DNA of 64,000 nt, taken from a bacterium. Its GTDB lineage: Bacteria; Patescibacteriota; Doudnabacteria; UBA920. Below the pieces are notes generated by a model that worked only from the letters and a program-made list of their open reading frames with translations, was not told the origin of the DNA and did no database searches. The first letter of the stretch is position 1. Every line of letters begins with the position of its first letter. The stretch is from the NCBI GenBank assembly GCA_021825655.1, contig JAKAGU010000003.1:12014-76013 (forward strand), read 5' to 3'. Both the position numbers and the translations under genes were made by a program. Shown piece by piece: positions 11,355-20,335 of this stretch.

Positions 11355-11795
11355 TTGCTTATTTTTATGAATAAAGGCCCAATCCCCATTGCAGTAGCCG
11401 CAATCCGGGACAAACAAGGCCGGCTGCTTTTAGCCAAAAGGCGGGATAAAAAATTCAAAGAAGCAAACGGCCTTTGGGAACTGCCTGGCGGACATGTGGA
11501 ATTCAAAGAAGATGCAGCCAAGGCAGTGGTGAGGGAATGCCTGGAAGAAACCGGGCTTAAAGTCAAGATTCTCCGTTTGCTGCCCAAGCTTTACAATAAT
11601 TTTTGGCGCGACGCGAAAGGGGATCACTACCACACCATACTTGTTGCTTATGAATGTCTTGCTGTCGGCGGAAAACTTCACGACAGCAAACACGACTACA
11701 AAATCAGCGACCTGCGCTGGGTCTGGCCTGACGAAATCATTAAATATAAACTGTTGCCAAAGACAAAAGAAATTGTGGCTCTACTTAACACTTAA
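11355..11795 (+). CDS. NUDIX hydrolase
   Basis: Nudix box GGHVEFKEDAAKAVVRECLEETGLKV. Confidence 0.7.
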   Translation: MLIFMNKGPIPIAVAAIRDKQGRLLLAKRRDKKFKEANGLWELPGGHVEFKEDAAKAVVRECLEETGLKVKILRLLPKLYNNFWRDAKGDHYHTILVAYECLAVGGKLHDSKHDYKISDLRWVWPDEIIKYKLLPKTKEIVALLNT

Positions 11796-11805
11796 CAAGA
11801 CTTCC

Positions 11806-13149
11806 ATGCTCGATATTAAATTTATTCGCGAAAATGCCGACAAGGTAAAAAAAGCGGTCCAGGATAAAAACATCAACCTCGATGTGGACCAACTGCTTGA
11901 TTTAGACGCACAGCGGCGCGCTTTAACCACGGAAAGCGAAAGCCTGCAGGCAACCAAAAACCAGGTATCAAAAGAAATCCCGAAGCTCTCCGCAGAAGAC
12001 AAAAAAATCAAATTGCTGGAAATGAAAGAGGTGGACCTGAGAGCGAATGAACTCAAGGAGAAACTGCGTGCTGTACTGGTCAAATACGAAGAACTGATGT
12101 ATTTAGTACCGAACATTCCCAGCCCGGAAACCCCAATCGGCAAAGACGACAGCGGCAATGTGCCCTGGAGCTACTGGTCGCCGGCTTTGGGCCATGTCGA
12201 CCCCAAGGAAACGGAGAAAGTAAAGAGTATCCCCACCAAATTTGACTTTGAAGTTAAAGACCATATGACTCTGGCCAAAGCCCTCGACCTTCTGGACACA
12301 GAAGCGGGTGTAAAAACCGCGGGCTTTCGCGGATATTACCTGAAAAACGAGGCTGTGCTCATGCACTACGGCATTCTTTGGCATGCGCTGAAAAAAATGC
12401 AGGAAAAAGGTTTTGCCCTTATGGCTCCACCGGTACTAGGCCGGTCGTTTGCCTTTTACGGCAGCGGGCATTTTCCGTTCGGCCGCGCCGACCAGTACCA
12501 AGTAATGACCGAGGAAGATTTGCAAAAAGGGATTACGGAACCCGTTTACCTTTCCGGCACATCCGAACCCAACCTGCTTGCGTACGTTGCTGACAAAACT
12601 TTCGAAGAATCGGAGCTGCCGGTAAAGATGTGCGGCATTTCCAGCTGCTTTAGGGGAGAAATCGGGAGCTACGGCAAAGACACGAAGGGCATATATCGCG
12701 TGCATGAATTCATGAAAGTTGAGCAGGTAATCGTCTGCAAAGCCGACGTAATTGAAGGCGACAAGTGGCTGGAAGCTTTGCGCGAAATCGCCCAAGAAAT
12801 GCTGATGGACTTAAAATTGCCCCACCGCGTACTCAACATCTGCACGGGCGATATGGGCGCGGGCAAATATAAAATGTACGACATTGAAACCTGGATGCCT
12901 TCCAGGCAAAACTACGGGGAGACCCACTCCGATTCCAACCTGACCGACTGGCAGGCGCGGCGTTTGAACATCAAATACAAGGGCAGTGACGGCAAAACCA
13001 AGTTCGCCTACACCCTCAACAATACGGTTATTGCCAGCCCCCGCATCCTCATTGCCATTCTGGAGAACTACCAGCAAAAAGACGGCAGCATTTTAGTCCC
13101 TGACATTCTGAAACCTTACATAGGCAAGGACGTAATTTTGGCAAAATAG
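11806..13149 (+). CDS. serS: serine--tRNA ligase
   Basis: MLDIKFIRENADKVKKAVQDK, N-terminal coiled coil, class II core FRGEIGSYGKDTKGIYRVHEF, TLNNTVIASPRILIAILENYQ. Start moved to ATG 11806 because the track ORF extension overlaps the NUDIX gene. Confidence 0.9.
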   Translation: MLDIKFIRENADKVKKAVQDKNINLDVDQLLDLDAQRRALTTESESLQATKNQVSKEIPKLSAEDKKIKLLEMKEVDLRANELKEKLRAVLVKYEELMYLVPNIPSPETPIGKDDSGNVPWSYWSPALGHVDPKETEKVKSIPTKFDFEVKDHMTLAKALDLLDTEAGVKTAGFRGYYLKNEAVLMHYGILWHALKKMQEKGFALMAPPVLGRSFAFYGSGHFPFGRADQYQVMTEEDLQKGITEPVYLSGTSEPNLLAYVADKTFEESELPVKMCGISSCFRGEIGSYGKDTKGIYRVHEFMKVEQVIVCKADVIEGDKWLEALREIAQEMLMDLKLPHRVLNICTGDMGAGKYKMYDIETWMPSRQNYGETHSDSNLTDWQARRLNIKYKGSDGKTKFAYTLNNTVIASPRILIAILENYQQKDGSILVPDILKPYIGKDVILAK

Positions 13150-13152
13150 CCG

Positions 13153-14124
13153 ATGTTTGAATCCGGACGAAAAAAAATTAAGTACCGCAACCTGCATTTC
13201 AAACGGGAGCTGGAAAAAGCCCGGCAGTATAAGCGTCCGGCCCGCCAGCTGCCGGAAACCAAGACCGCCGTTTTCTTGGAAAAAATCGGCCTGGGCAGCA
13301 GGCTGTCCAAATTCTTCACGCTGCTGGCTTTTTGCCTGCTCGTTTACCTGGTTTTCATTCCCAACTTTTTATTTATCAAGTCCGTACAGATTACCGGGGA
13401 CAGCCTGGTGCACAAACAGCAGCATGAAGATATTGTGGCTTCGTTCTTAAATTCCAGCAGGGCTTGGCCGCAAAAAAACCTGCTGCTTTTGAGCAGCGGC
13501 AAATTAAAACAGGACCTGGCCAAAGACCCCTGGGTTATTTCCGTAGATTCGGTAGAAAAAGTCTGGCCCAACCGGCTGGCTATCCGGCTAACCGAGCGGC
13601 GCGAATTCGCCTTAGTGGAAACCAAAGATGCCAAGATGGTTTTTTCCAACGACGGGCGCTATTTGAGCACACTTACCGGCAGCACCACGCCGGACAACAC
13701 CCTGGTCGTACTCAAAACTTCGGAAGACCTTAGCCAAGATAAACCGCTGCCCTCGGCCAGCCTGGAGCTAATCAGAACCCTGCAGCAAAAAATCCCCGAA
13801 ATTTGTCATTCCACAGTTTCCGCTTACGATATTTACCCTTCAACCAACCCTGACGTGGAAGCCGAAACTGCGGCAGGCTATAAACTTATTTTTGACACCA
13901 GCAACGACAGCACAGAAGTCCTGGACAACCTCTCGGTCTTAATCGACAAGCTGTCACAGGACGAAAAAAACCGTCTTTTTTACATAGACTTAAGAATTAA
14001 AAACAAAGCTTACGTTTGTTTCAAGGGCACCAGCTGCACCACAGACACGGTGTTTCAAAACCCTTTTGTAACAGGGCAGAACGCAAGCACCAGCGCTTCA
14101 TCAACGCTCCCAACACCTCAATGA
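13153..14124 (+). CDS. ftsQ: cell division protein FtsQ/DivIB-like (TM anchor plus POTRA domain)
   Basis: N-terminal TM segment, then DPWVISVDSVEKVWPNRLAIRLTERREFALVE, matching the FtsQ POTRA signature (PW..S..V.R.WPN.L.I.V.ER.P.A). Confidence 0.6.
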   Translation: MFESGRKKIKYRNLHFKRELEKARQYKRPARQLPETKTAVFLEKIGLGSRLSKFFTLLAFCLLVYLVFIPNFLFIKSVQITGDSLVHKQQHEDIVASFLNSSRAWPQKNLLLLSSGKLKQDLAKDPWVISVDSVEKVWPNRLAIRLTERREFALVETKDAKMVFSNDGRYLSTLTGSTTPDNTLVVLKTSEDLSQDKPLPSASLELIRTLQQKIPEICHSTVSAYDIYPSTNPDVEAETAAGYKLIFDTSNDSTEVLDNLSVLIDKLSQDEKNRLFYIDLRIKNKAYVCFKGTSCTTDTVFQNPFVTGQNASTSASSTLPTPQ

Positions 14125-14801
14125 AAAAACTTTCGGTAATCTCACTTGGCGGTTCGCTCATTTTTCCAGGAAAGATCAACACGGCCTTTCTAAAAAACTT
14201 CAGGCGGCTGATTTTAGAACGGATAAAAAAAGGCGAGCGGTTTATTATCATCACGGGTGGAGGGCAGCTCTGCCGGGAATATAACTCCGCCCTGGAAACA
14301 GTCGGCCGGCCCAGCCCCGCAGACCTGGACTGGATGGGCATAAATGTGACCTGGACCAACGCCAAGCTGATTCAACTAATGTTCGGAAAAAACGCGCATC
14401 CGGAAGTGGCCACAAACCCAGAACAGCCAATAGCATTTAAACGGCCCATTTTAGTGGGCGGCGGCTGGAAGCCGGGCAGAAGCTCCGACGGGGCCACGGT
14501 CAAATATGCCCAAACGTACGGGGCGCAGTCGGTTATTAACCTCAGTAATATAGACTTTGTTTACGAGCAAGATCCGAAAAAATTCCCAGGCGCAAAAAAA
14601 ATTGAAAGCATTTCCTGGAAAAATTTCCGCAAAATAGTCGGGAATAAATGGGATCCGGGCGCAAACCTGCCCTTTGACCCCACGGCTGCCAAATTTGCCG
14701 AAGCACACAGGCTGAAAGTTATCATCACCCGTGGCACGGATATAAAAAATTTGCGTAGCCTGTTGGCCGGCCGGCCGGCCAAAGGCACAACCATTTCCTA
14801 G
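14121..14801 (+). CDS. pyrH: UMP kinase, short archaeal-like type (amino-acid-kinase fold)
   Basis: MKKLSVISLGGSLI, ITGGGQ, SSDGATVKYAQTYGAQSVINLSNIDFVYEQDPKKFPGAKKI. The start overlaps the ftsQ stop (ATGA). The long N-terminal extension in the track is rejected. Confidence 0.6.
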   Translation: MKKLSVISLGGSLIFPGKINTAFLKNFRRLILERIKKGERFIIITGGGQLCREYNSALETVGRPSPADLDWMGINVTWTNAKLIQLMFGKNAHPEVATNPEQPIAFKRPILVGGGWKPGRSSDGATVKYAQTYGAQSVINLSNIDFVYEQDPKKFPGAKKIESISWKNFRKIVGNKWDPGANLPFDPTAAKFAEAHRLKVIITRGTDIKNLRSLLAGRPAKGTTIS

Positions 14802-14804
14802 CTT

Positions 14805-14844
14805 TCAAAAAAAACCGGACTTCGGGCGAAGTCCGGTTTTTTTT
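14805..14844. terminator. bidirectional intrinsic terminator between converging pyrH and the GT-C genes
   Basis: A8 - ccggacttcgggcgaagtccgg - T9. Confidence 0.7.
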
Positions 14845-14851
14845 GTTTTAC

Positions 14852-16450
14852 TTACTGCACCTTGTATTCAGTCACAACAATCCAAGTGCCCACATAGGGC
14901 CTAACCTCGGCAAAACCTTTTTCGTCCAGCTTGACCCAGTTCTTCGGCGTTTCGGGCTTGCTAGAACCGAATCCGTTTGTCCACAGCAGCCAGACCAGGT
15001 CGCCGCGCTTGACCTGGGTATTAAAGTCCGGCAGCAGGTCTTGGTTGGTCAAAATTGCCGTACCGGCAAAGTGCGGCAAGTCACTGACCTCACGGCTGCC
15101 GCCGGTGTAGAGCAGGGGCCTGACCGGCGTTTGGTTGTAATACTTAAAATTGAAAAATTCAAAGCTAGTACCCACATATAGCTTGTCTTCGGGCTGTACG
15201 TTGGCATCCAAAAATTTGGCGGCCGCAGCCATTCCCGGCTTGGTCTGCACGCCCAAATCCTGCCAGTACACGTACACCCCAATAAGATTAAAGGTTACGC
15301 AGGCACCAAAAAGGAGATAGGCGATTTTTTTATACCGTAGCTGGCCAAGCCATGCAGCCAGAGCGATATTCAAAAATGCAGCGGTGAAAATAAAGTATCT
15401 GACCAAATATACGGACGAACTGCTGCCTTTCAGCCGGGCCAAAATGTAAAACAGGAAAGAGCCGCCGAACGGCGCCAAAATTGCCAGAATTACCAGCCAT
15501 TTTTCAAAAACTTGGGTTTTTCTGAGGAACCGGTACAGAAAATATAGGGCAAACACAAAAGTTACCGCCAGTAAAATCTGGGTTTTAAATTTTGCCGGAT
15601 CATGGCCGATGCCGAATAGCAAAGTCCAAAGCGTAGAGGGAATACTCCACCGGTCCACGGGAGGTATCCAGTATCCGGCATCCACCTGCCGGTACTGGAA
15701 CAAAAAAGTCTTGAGCCAGGGCAAAAAAGAAAGGGCGATCAGCAAAAAAGACAGCAACAGCCAGCTATATTTTTTAATGCTGCCCTCATGGTGGAAAAAC
15801 AAATAAACCAACCCGTAAAAGCAGATTGCAGTAGCCGTAAACAGCAGGTAATAGTGGGTATAAATTAGAACGACCGTACTTAAAACAAAACCCAAATAAT
15901 TCCAAAGCATGCTCCGCTTCAAAGCAATTTCCTGGGGCAGGCGGGGCATGGCCAATTTACTGGTTCCGTACAGGTCTTTTTGGCGGTGGAGAGCCTTGGT
16001 CAAAAAGTAAGCCGAGAGTACGGCAAAAAATGCGCCCATGGTATACATCCTGGCCTCTGTAACATATTGGACGGAAAAAGGATTGACAGCTGCCAAAAGC
16101 CCGGCCCACAGGGCCAGCTTTTCGCTCTTAAAGGCTTCCCGAACGAACAGCCATACTGCCCACACCGTAAGGACGCCGAAGAGGACTGACATGCCGCGCA
16201 AAGAAAGCAGCGAATCCCCGAAGACATAATGCCACAGGCGCAAAAAAACGTAATACATAGGCGGATGCACATCCAGGCCGATGCGGTACATCATTTCCTT
16301 CCATGGGTAGCGGATGAGCAGGGCGGAAAAAGCCTCGTCGTGCCAAAGCGAAATGGCCGTTAAATTCCAAAATCTTAATGCGGCGGCCAGCGCCAGAATT
16401 CCGGCAATAGGCCAATACCTTTTTATGTGCATAGAAAACTTATTTTTCAC
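14852..16450 (-). CDS. GT-C membrane glycosyltransferase (ArnT/PMT-like, polyprenyl-phosphate-sugar dependent)
   Basis: Multi-TM protein with a first-loop WHDEAFSALLIRYPW (DE motif), 532 aa. Confidence 0.7.
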   Translation of the reverse strand: MKNKFSMHIKRYWPIAGILALAAALRFWNLTAISLWHDEAFSALLIRYPWKEMMYRIGLDVHPPMYYVFLRLWHYVFGDSLLSLRGMSVLFGVLTVWAVWLFVREAFKSEKLALWAGLLAAVNPFSVQYVTEARMYTMGAFFAVLSAYFLTKALHRQKDLYGTSKLAMPRLPQEIALKRSMLWNYLGFVLSTVVLIYTHYYLLFTATAICFYGLVYLFFHHEGSIKKYSWLLLSFLLIALSFLPWLKTFLFQYRQVDAGYWIPPVDRWSIPSTLWTLLFGIGHDPAKFKTQILLAVTFVFALYFLYRFLRKTQVFEKWLVILAILAPFGGSFLFYILARLKGSSSSVYLVRYFIFTAAFLNIALAAWLGQLRYKKIAYLLFGACVTFNLIGVYVYWQDLGVQTKPGMAAAAKFLDANVQPEDKLYVGTSFEFFNFKYYNQTPVRPLLYTGGSREVSDLPHFAGTAILTNQDLLPDFNTQVKRGDLVWLLWTNGFGSSKPETPKNWVKLDEKGFAEVRPYVGTWIVVTEYKVQ

Positions 16451-16455
16451 TTTAA

Positions 16456-18273
16456 TTATTTAACTTCGTATACGGCCATGGCTGCCTGGCCGAACTGGTT
16501 GCGTACCTCCAGAACAAGTTTGGTTTCCGGATGGTATGCTTTAAATTTTTTAATGTCAAAAATCGAACTCTGGGTAAACACAATCTGGTCGCCGGCTTTC
16601 AGGCCTTTGAGCTCCCAGGAATTTTCAGGATCCACCTGCATATAAGGCACGCTGCATGGGCTGTCAAAGTTACCCTTAGGGTCGCTGGTAATATAATCCG
16701 TGGTCTGTACAGAAAATTTATCCAGTACCAAATAAGTGGAATCTTTTTTGCAGCGCTCCACCAGGTATTTACCCACGGGGCTCAGATCGGAACGGAAGGC
16801 ATAAAAATTTTCCGGGCTGTTTGCGGCATATACAAAATAAGCAAAATAGGCTTGCAAAACCAGAGCGGCAAAAAACAAGGCCACAACCGCCTTAAGCAGC
16901 CTGCTGTTAAACTGATAAAAGCGCTGCTGGCCGGAAACCGGCTTGTTCCAATCCCAGACCGAGCCTGATCCCAATTTTTTTTGCCATAATTTTTCCCTGA
17001 AACTCATAGCGCCTTCAGCAAACCACATCAGGCCCAACGCGGTTAAGATGAACACCGGGGGGATAACGCCAATACCCCTCAAGCCGTGCGGTATGCCTTC
17101 TGCCGTACTGACAACAGGTAGGAGTAAGCCAAAAAACCAGCCAATAAGCAAATAGTATGTCCAGTAACGGCTTCTTTTGGCCGGAGCAAAGAAATACGCT
17201 ATGGCAAAAAACAAAGCTGCCAGCAAAGCCACGGCAAAAAACGGGCTGATGAGGGGGGAAAGGAAGGGGTAGCCGGAAACATTCTGCCGCCAATTCAAGT
17301 CGCCCTGGAAGAAAAAGCCCAGCATCTGGGTTTTAAAAACCTCGCCCATCACGGAACCGACCACGGAAAGGGGAGGCTTGCTGGTCAACTGCACGCCGTT
17401 AACCGTATACAACTCCTGGTTAAAGATGCTCACCTGGCCGGCCCGGCCCAGAAAAGAGCCCGGGTGCTGGTAAAAATACTTGCCAATGGGGTAGAAAAAT
17501 ATCACGAAAGCCACCAGAAATGAAACAGCAGGCCAAAAATATGTTTTTACTTCAGCCTTAAGGATTTTTTGTTTCAGCGCACCCAAAAGCGGCCACAGCA
17601 GCACCATAAACAAAATCGGCGCCATAATCCTGAAAGCGATGTAAGTATAAAAACCTAAAGCAAAACTAGCTCCGGTCAAAAAGCTATACAACAATTTTTT
17701 CTTGTTGATGGCTGCGGTATAGGTACAAAGCAAAAAATAAAAGGTCAAAGAAGCAAACAGGGGGATAAGGATTGCGCGGAAAGCGGTCCGGGAAAGCACA
17801 ATATGCCAGGAATTTACAGCCATCAGGAAAGTGGCCAGCAGGGCAATGTTCACGGCCCGGCGCTTGCCGGATTCGTCTTCCGGATCCAAGGTAAAACTCA
17901 AAAGTTTTTTGGTCACCAAGAAACACATAAGCACGGACAAAAGACCCACCAGCGCCGACACCAAATGGTGTTGCCAAGCGCCCTTGCCAAACAGTTCAAC
18001 GCCGCCCCAAAGCATATAGAAGAAAAGCGCCTCGCGACCATTACCGCGCTCGTAAAAAGGCTGAAGCACGCCTTTTTGCATTAAGTTAACATCCAAACCA
18101 TTGGCGGCTTCATCGGGAAACAAGCCGCCGGGCATACCCGGCTGCAGGTTCTCTACCTTAAAGTCCTTAATTGAGCACTGGCTGCCGCAATCCCAATGAA
18201 AGAGCAGGTAAAACCTAAAAAAAGCAGCCAGGATTAAAATTATAGCCAGCAGATATTTTTGGTTTCGGGTCAT
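16456..18273 (-). CDS. GT-C membrane glycosyltransferase (ArnT/PMT-like), paralogue of the gene downstream
   Basis: LFPDEAANGLDVNLM (DE motif) and many TM segments. Only 5 nt separate it from the next gene. Confidence 0.7.
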   Translation of the reverse strand: MTRNQKYLLAIILILAAFFRFYLLFHWDCGSQCSIKDFKVENLQPGMPGGLFPDEAANGLDVNLMQKGVLQPFYERGNGREALFFYMLWGGVELFGKGAWQHHLVSALVGLLSVLMCFLVTKKLLSFTLDPEDESGKRRAVNIALLATFLMAVNSWHIVLSRTAFRAILIPLFASLTFYFLLCTYTAAINKKKLLYSFLTGASFALGFYTYIAFRIMAPILFMVLLWPLLGALKQKILKAEVKTYFWPAVSFLVAFVIFFYPIGKYFYQHPGSFLGRAGQVSIFNQELYTVNGVQLTSKPPLSVVGSVMGEVFKTQMLGFFFQGDLNWRQNVSGYPFLSPLISPFFAVALLAALFFAIAYFFAPAKRSRYWTYYLLIGWFFGLLLPVVSTAEGIPHGLRGIGVIPPVFILTALGLMWFAEGAMSFREKLWQKKLGSGSVWDWNKPVSGQQRFYQFNSRLLKAVVALFFAALVLQAYFAYFVYAANSPENFYAFRSDLSPVGKYLVERCKKDSTYLVLDKFSVQTTDYITSDPKGNFDSPCSVPYMQVDPENSWELKGLKAGDQIVFTQSSIFDIKKFKAYHPETKLVLEVRNQFGQAAMAVYEVK

Positions 18274-18284
18274 AGTTTTTGTGT

Positions 18285-18313
18285 TTGCTTTATGGCAGCA
18301 ATTTCAGTATAAT
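18285..18313 (+). promoter_or_regulatory. sigma70-like promoter directly abutting the start codon at 18320 (possible leaderless transcript)
   Basis: TTGCTT, 17 nt spacer, TATAAT. The ATG lies 7 nt after the -10 hexamer. Confidence 0.4.
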
Positions 18314-18319
18314 TTATGC

Positions 18320-18667
18320 ATGAAATTGCTTGCCAAAGTTGAAGAAAATAATTATTTTTTGTTTCTTTGGGCCTTGTGCCTGATTTTTAATATTATAACA
18401 TTTTTATTCATTTACTACAAAATCCTGCCTTCCGGCAACACCTTTGCCTTAAAATACAACGTGATTACCGGGGTAGAATGGTATGGCAAGGGCTACAACC
18501 TTTACCAGATTCCGCTGGTCGGTTTGGCCATCCTGGGTTTGAATTATCTGCTTAGCCGCTTGCTCAGACATCGGGCGGACTTTCTGGCAGCCATGGCTAT
18601 TTTCGTCACTCTGGTCGTACAGCTGCTGCTATTGGCCGCAGCCTTGTTTTTAAAAACCGTTAACTAA
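18320..18667 (+). CDS. small membrane protein, hypothetical
   Basis: Starts MKLLAKVEEN; hydrophobic. Its stop overlaps the GT2 start (TAATG). Confidence 0.35.
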   Translation: MKLLAKVEENNYFLFLWALCLIFNIITFLFIYYKILPSGNTFALKYNVITGVEWYGKGYNLYQIPLVGLAILGLNYLLSRLLRHRADFLAAMAIFVTLVVQLLLLAAALFLKTVN

Positions 18668-20334
18668 TGTTCAGAAAACGCACTCTTACTGAAAGGTTTT
18701 GGGAAATCCAGCCAGGGCTCCACTTCTGGACCGTGTTTATTTTGGCGGTTACCCTGTCCTATTTGCAGCCGGTTTGGGCTGCGCTTTTCATTGTATGTTT
18801 TGACCTGTACTGGGTACTGAAGGCTTTGAACGTGGCCAGCCACCTAATGTCCAGTTATTTGAAATTTAAATTTTTTGTCACCATTGACTGGCTGGACTGG
18901 ACCGAACGCCTTCAGGACTTGCCGGGCTTTATCGGGTTTCTCAAAGAACGTCGGACGAGTCCGGTCAGCCAGCGCGAAAAAAAATACTTGGAATGGGAAA
19001 TTACCCGCCTGAACCAGCTGGCCGAAAAAGGCAGGACTGCCTTGGATTACAAAAAATATTACCAGCTCGTGCTCATTCCTTTTGTGGACGAAAGCTTTGA
19101 AGTTTTGGACTCCACGCTGCACGCCATAACGGCCTCCAATTACCCCAAGGATAAAATGCTCCTGCTTTTGGCCAGCGAGGAACGGGCGGGCCAGGAAGCC
19201 AGGGCTGTTGCCAGCCGCATTAAGGAAAAATACCAGGGGGCGTTTTATAAGTTTTTTGTCACCGCTCACCCGGACGGCCTGGCGGGGGAGATAAAAGGCA
19301 AGAGCGCCAACGCCTCTTACGCCGTGCAGGCAATCCTGCCCGACCTGGCGGCTGCGGGCATTGGCGTAGAACAGGTTTTGGTTTCGAATTTTGATTCCGA
19401 CACCATTGTGCATCCCCAGTATTTTTCGCGCGTGGTCTACGAGTTCCTAACCGCGGATAAGCCTTACCAGAGCAGCTACCAGCCGATTGCGGTATACAAC
19501 AACAACATTTGGGACAGCCCCGCGCTCATCCGGGTAATTAGCGTTTCCAATTCTTTCTGGCAGTTCACCGAGAGCAGCCGGCCAGACCGCCTGAGGACTT
19601 TTTCTTCGCACAGCATGCCGCTAAAAACTTTGGTGGAAGTCGGCTTCTGGAAAAAAGACATTGTCAATGAAGACGGTTACATTTACTGGCAATGCTATAT
19701 GCATTTTAAGGGCGATTACCATGTCGTGCCGCTTTTCGTACCCATTAGCCTGGACACCTGCCTAGCGGCCTCAACCTGGGAAACCATCAAAAACCAGTAC
19801 AAGCAAAAACGGCGCTGGGCCTACAACGTGGAATATTACCCGCATTTGGTGCCCAAACTTTTAACCCTGGACGCACCCCTCTGGGACCGGCTCTATAAAC
19901 TTTTCCAGTACGTGGAAGGCAATTTCAACTGGGCTACGGCCAGCATTATGATTTCCATGCTCGGCTGGCTGCCGCTGTTCGTCGGCGGCGACGATTTTTA
20001 TACCACAGTGGTGGCGTTCAACCTGCCCTTCATCACCAAGGTGCTGATGAACACCGCGCTCTTCTTTTTGATTTTCAGCGTATACATAAATATGATTCTT
20101 CTGCCGCCCCGACCGGCTAAATACGGCGCCACACGCAGCGTCATGATGTACCTGCAGTGGTTTTTAGTGCCTATCGCTTCGGTAATTTTTGGCAGCTTGC
20201 CGGCCGTGGAAGCCCAGACCCGCCTCCTGTTCGGAAAATACCTGGAATTCTGGGTCACGCCCAAAGCCCGCCTGGGCGAAAACACCGGCCTGTCCATGAA
20301 AGAAATGCAAGCCGTAAACACCCCCCGCAAATAA
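18667..20334 (+). CDS. processive family-2 glycosyltransferase (cellulose/chitin/PNAG-synthase-like), membrane embedded
   Basis: N- and C-terminal TM segments; DSD (NFDSDTIV), NEDG (TED-like) and a QxxRW-type motif KQKRRW. Confidence 0.55.
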   Translation: MFRKRTLTERFWEIQPGLHFWTVFILAVTLSYLQPVWAALFIVCFDLYWVLKALNVASHLMSSYLKFKFFVTIDWLDWTERLQDLPGFIGFLKERRTSPVSQREKKYLEWEITRLNQLAEKGRTALDYKKYYQLVLIPFVDESFEVLDSTLHAITASNYPKDKMLLLLASEERAGQEARAVASRIKEKYQGAFYKFFVTAHPDGLAGEIKGKSANASYAVQAILPDLAAAGIGVEQVLVSNFDSDTIVHPQYFSRVVYEFLTADKPYQSSYQPIAVYNNNIWDSPALIRVISVSNSFWQFTESSRPDRLRTFSSHSMPLKTLVEVGFWKKDIVNEDGYIYWQCYMHFKGDYHVVPLFVPISLDTCLAASTWETIKNQYKQKRRWAYNVEYYPHLVPKLLTLDAPLWDRLYKLFQYVEGNFNWATASIMISMLGWLPLFVGGDDFYTTVVAFNLPFITKVLMNTALFFLIFSVYINMILLPPRPAKYGATRSVMMYLQWFLVPIASVIFGSLPAVEAQTRLLFGKYLEFWVTPKARLGENTGLSMKEMQAVNTPRK

Positions 20335-20335
20335 C

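Noticed and set aside
11641-11805. Long N-terminal extensions of track ORFs for serS (11641), pyrH (14016), rpsB (44589), NUDIX (55663) and the downstream exonuclease (63431).
   Set aside because: The extensions overlap upstream genes or leaders and lack homology. Conserved protein N-termini ([52 protein letters not shown]) identify the internal starts used here.
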